From the human T2T-CHM13v2.0 reference genome, Homo sapiens, in the NCBI RefSeq assembly GCF_009914755.1, contig NC_060934.1: DNA of 64,000 nt; one strand, given 5' to 3'. The position numbers and the translations under genes were made by a program. Position 1 is the first letter of the stretch. Every line of letters begins with the position of its first letter. Shown here piece by piece: positions 60,501-64,000 of this stretch. The notes below the pieces were generated by a model. That model ran no database searches. It was not told where the DNA came from and was given only the letters and a program-made list of their open reading frames with translations.

Positions 60501-60968
60501 TTACTCCCCTCTGCCTCCCGGTGTTTACTCCCCTCTGCCTCCCGGTGTTTACTCCCCTCTGCATCCCGGTGTTTACTCCCCCTCTCCCTCCCGGTGTTTA
60601 CTCCCCTCTCCCTCCCGGTGTTTACTCCCCTCTGCCTCCCGGTGTTTACTCCCCTCTGCCTCCCGGTGTTTACTCCCCCCTCCCTCCCGGTGTTTACTCC
60701 CCTCTCCCTCCCGGTGTTTACTCCCCTCTGCCTCCCGGTGTTTACTCCCCTCTGCCTCCCGGTGTTTACTCCCCCTCTCCCTCCCGGTGTTTACTCCCCT
60801 CTCCCTCCCGGTGTTTACTCCCCTCTGCCTCCCGGTGTTTACTCCCCTCTCCCTCCCGGTGTTTACTCCCCTCTTCCTCCCGGTGCTTACTCCCCTCTGC
60901 CTCCCGGTGTTTACTCCCCTCTGCTTCCCGGTGTTTACTCCCTGTGTCCTGGTGTTTACTCCCCTGCT
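54514..60968. repeat. Giant 24-bp VNTR, ~265-270 copies, in the intron between exons 5 and 6
   Basis: Unit CCGGTGTTTACTCCCC(T/C)CT(GC/CC/GT)CTC with occasional 23- and 25-nt units; copy number estimated as length/24. Confidence 0.99.
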
Positions 60969-61585
60969 TCCTGGCCATCTACCTTCTGCCGGTCTTGCTG
61001 TTTTCACACGTTCTGCCCCATGGGTGATGGATTGTGTTCTGTGGGGCCCTGAGATCACACAGGCAACAGAACAGACATTTTCTCCACAGGAAGTCCTTGT
61101 GGCATCCAGCAGTCTTCCTGCCTCTGTGCCTGCACTCTGCCCACAGCCACCATCCCCCACTGCCCCGGCTGCCTCCCCCAGGACCCTTGGCAAATGTATC
61201 CCAAGCCTGGGCCCCGGCACAGGGCCTGTCAGCCACGTGGCTGCCCTGGACCCCCCCTCCCCTGTGCTGGTTCCCCATGCAGGGCAGGCGTCGGGTGCAC
61301 CTGTCTGTGGACCCCCCCAGCTGGTGGCACAGCACCAAGCATGTAACCAGCTCCTGGTAAATATTGGTCCAGTTGCCTTCTCTGACACAAACAAGAGTGA
61401 GGGATCTTGGTGATAGTCCCAGTTGAGCAGGTGGACATTTAGGAGAAATCCTTCCCTACATTCTGAGATATTTCTGTTCCCCCATATCCAACTCCTGCTG
61501 CACCCCGCAGGCCTCAGGGAACTGAGGGATGGGTTCAACCTGTGGCTCCCTGCTCAGAGGCTCAGATAAGAATGAGCTGAGTGTG

Positions 61586-61894
<309 letters not shown>

Positions 61895-62727
61895 TCAGCA
61901 GCGTCTGCTTAGGGCTACACGTGGGCCTTTCTCCTTTTGTGTGGCTTTTGCACAGCTAATGGGCATGGAGATGACCCTTGCCAAAGCCCCCCAAGGTCCC
62001 ATTACTCGTAGATTTGAGGAACGCAGATGGCTTCAAGGGATGTGAAAGAGTAGACAGCAGACACAGGAGGGAGCGTTTCAGGAGAGGAGCCCACAGTGAG
62101 CCCTTGGGACTGAATGGCCCAGCCTGGGGGTGTGTCGCGGAGGCCACGTGCTGCAAACCACCTGGGTTTTGCTCCTCTCTAAAGTGTCTCAGGGACAGGA
62201 GGCTGCCCCATGACAGCCACCAATGCCTGATGGCCAGAGCAGGCCAGGGAACCCTGGGAATCCCAATACTGGGGCACAGTTCTCAAGGCCTCAGCGGCCT
62301 CTTCACATGTACTTGGCACAGGAGGCAAGAAGACAGCGCGTCTCCAAGCCACCCCTTGGGCACTGCACTCACGTTCTCTGAGGGCAACGGCGGAAAAGGG
62401 GGCAGTGCAGGAATGTGGGGGGCATGGGGAACCGAGGCCAGGAGAGGGTGGCCTTGCCCGGAAGGACGAGGGCTGCAAAGGTGTTTTCTGGAGGGAAACG
62501 TGGAGTAAGGAGGAAGCCTGGAATTTTAGCATCTTCCCAGCGCACACGGCGGCTTTATTGGTGTGCCAGGGATGTCTCTAGTCTGAATAAAAAGGGATGC
62601 TTTCTGGCTCACCCTGTGCCAGGATAGAGGGAAGCGTGTTCTGAGCCAGGCATGGGGCCCCATCTGCTCCCTGGCAGCCCCCAGCCGCGGCGTCCGCCTT
62701 CCCTGGAGCCCGTCCCCAGCCGCTCAC

Positions 62728-62896
62728 CTCAGGTGCAGCTCCAGCTGCGTGTAGAGGAAGTGCAGGAACGCCCGCCGGGCCACGACCTCCGCGTGGCAGT
62801 CATTCACCACCAGCCCCTGGTCACTGAGGTGCTCGCCGCTGATGCACTTGGTCCCCGAGGACAGGGCCACGACCTGCGCCTGCCGAGCATCCAGGC
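62728..62896 (-). CDS. ADARB2: ADAR3 coding exon (exon 5), start of deaminase core with CHAE zinc/catalytic motif
   Basis: Encodes (G)[55 protein letters not shown](S), recognised as human ADAR3; acceptor ccccag|GC, donor AG|gtgagc; 169 nt. Confidence 0.97.
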
Positions 62897-64000
62897 CTGG
62901 GGACACAGATAGCATCAGAGCAGCGTGGCCCACGGCCCCCGTCTCCCTCCTCCTCGGTCTTTTCAGGGTCTCACAACAGCGGTTTCCCTGGGTTAGGAAA
63001 CCTTGGAAACACTGCGTTTTGAGAGCTGGGAAGCGAGGCTTCTGTGTGCTCCAGGCTGTCACGGGTGACCGCCCGCCTGAGGGATTCCCATCTACTTCAT
63101 GGTGGCCTGAGACAGCGCTCAGAGTGCCTCTGCTATCCTTAAGGTTGCTGAAATGCTCCTTAGGCACCATAGGAGCAGAGTTTTGAGGTCAAACTTACTA
63201 CCAGGGCAGTTTTCTCCACCTGAGTCCCAGGTCCCCTGTGAGTGGGAGCAGTGCTAGCTGCGGCCTGGGCTTCCTGCCCAACCTCTAACCACCTTTGTGC
63301 TTTCTCCTGTCCTCCAACGGGATCAGGGCAGGACAGGAGCTGATGAACCCTTCACCCTAACACAGAAACACAGATGAACCTGTCATACTAACACAGAAAG
63401 GAGGCTGGATGTGTCATTTTAACCATAGTCAAAGGAACCCCATCCACAAAAATGATACTCTCTTCAGGGACTGAAAACAAACAACAAAGAAACCTCAAAA
63501 ACAACCCCCAACGTAATGTCCTTAAAGTATAATATTCATCACTTTGTTTAAGGAGGAGAAGCTGGAAGACACAAGCCAATGTTTGCTGTGCTCTAACAGG
63601 TCTGTGTGGATGTGTATTTTCTCTGCACTTAGATGGTGAATTCCTTGAGGACACGAGTCAGAATTTCCACCAAATACTCCAAGCAAGGGCTCCCTAGGGA
63701 GTCCGTGTCATTAGACGGGTCAGTGTTGCCGATCCAATAACAAATCCATCATCCAGGCCCTTCGGCTGGAGGTGGCAGGAATGTTGCGGGTGCCCAGGAG
63801 CCTTGGGATGTGACAGCCAGTGGCTGGGCCCGGATCGCAGGCCAAGGGAGGGCAGCACGGAGACGCGTTAGCCGCTGACCGCGGCCACGTCCACAGAGTT
63901 ACCTGTAAATACACGTCCGGACCATTTCTTGGAAGAGGTGACACACAAATTAATGTCACGCCAGAAGCAGGCCTCCCTCCCATCTTAAATAAAATCGACT

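Noticed and set aside
54514-60968. PRDM9-A 13-mer (CCNCCNTNNCCNC) in the C-rich VNTR unit
   Set aside because: The common unit variants checked by eye did not match the pattern; a PWM scan would be needed.
54301-61538. 2182-2305 aa plus-strand ORFs and 100-750 aa minus-strand ORFs as protein-coding genes (YSP motif reminiscent of the Pol II CTD or extensins)
   Set aside because: They are translations of a 24-bp repeat that lacks stop codons. All frames are open, there is no domain content, and they lie in an ADARB2 intron.

Overview
Human (primate) genomic DNA containing the 3' half of ADARB2 (ADAR3/RED2; subtelomeric 10p15.3 by recalled map position), transcribed on the minus strand. Six coding exons (exons 5-10 in the usual numbering: 62728-62896, 52750-52901, 35870-36038, 18762-18943, 3638-3816, 1970-2146) all have canonical GT-AG boundaries. 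They splice in frame (1028 nt, plus 1 nt from the upstream exon) into the C-terminal deaminase-like domain with CHAE, PCG and SCTDK zinc motifs, followed by at least 2 kb of 3' UTR. The introns are very repeat-rich: a full-length 6.16-kb L1PA3/PA4-type element in the same orientation as the gene, about 11 Alu/FLAM copies, MaLR/ERVL LTRs, hAT relics and more than a dozen minisatellites. The main stand-out is a ~6.45-kb array of ~270 copies of a 24-bp unit, nearly all carrying the forkhead site TGTTTAC/GTAAACA next to a CCGG CpG. Other candidates are a 27-bp E-box array, a 41-bp VNTR in the 3' UTR, a TAAT/octamer-rich candidate enhancer, a YCAY-dense tract and several fold-back structures in the pre-mRNA. 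The very long ORFs in the track are repeat artefacts. No prokaryotic features or CRISPR arrays are present. All functional proposals are inference.
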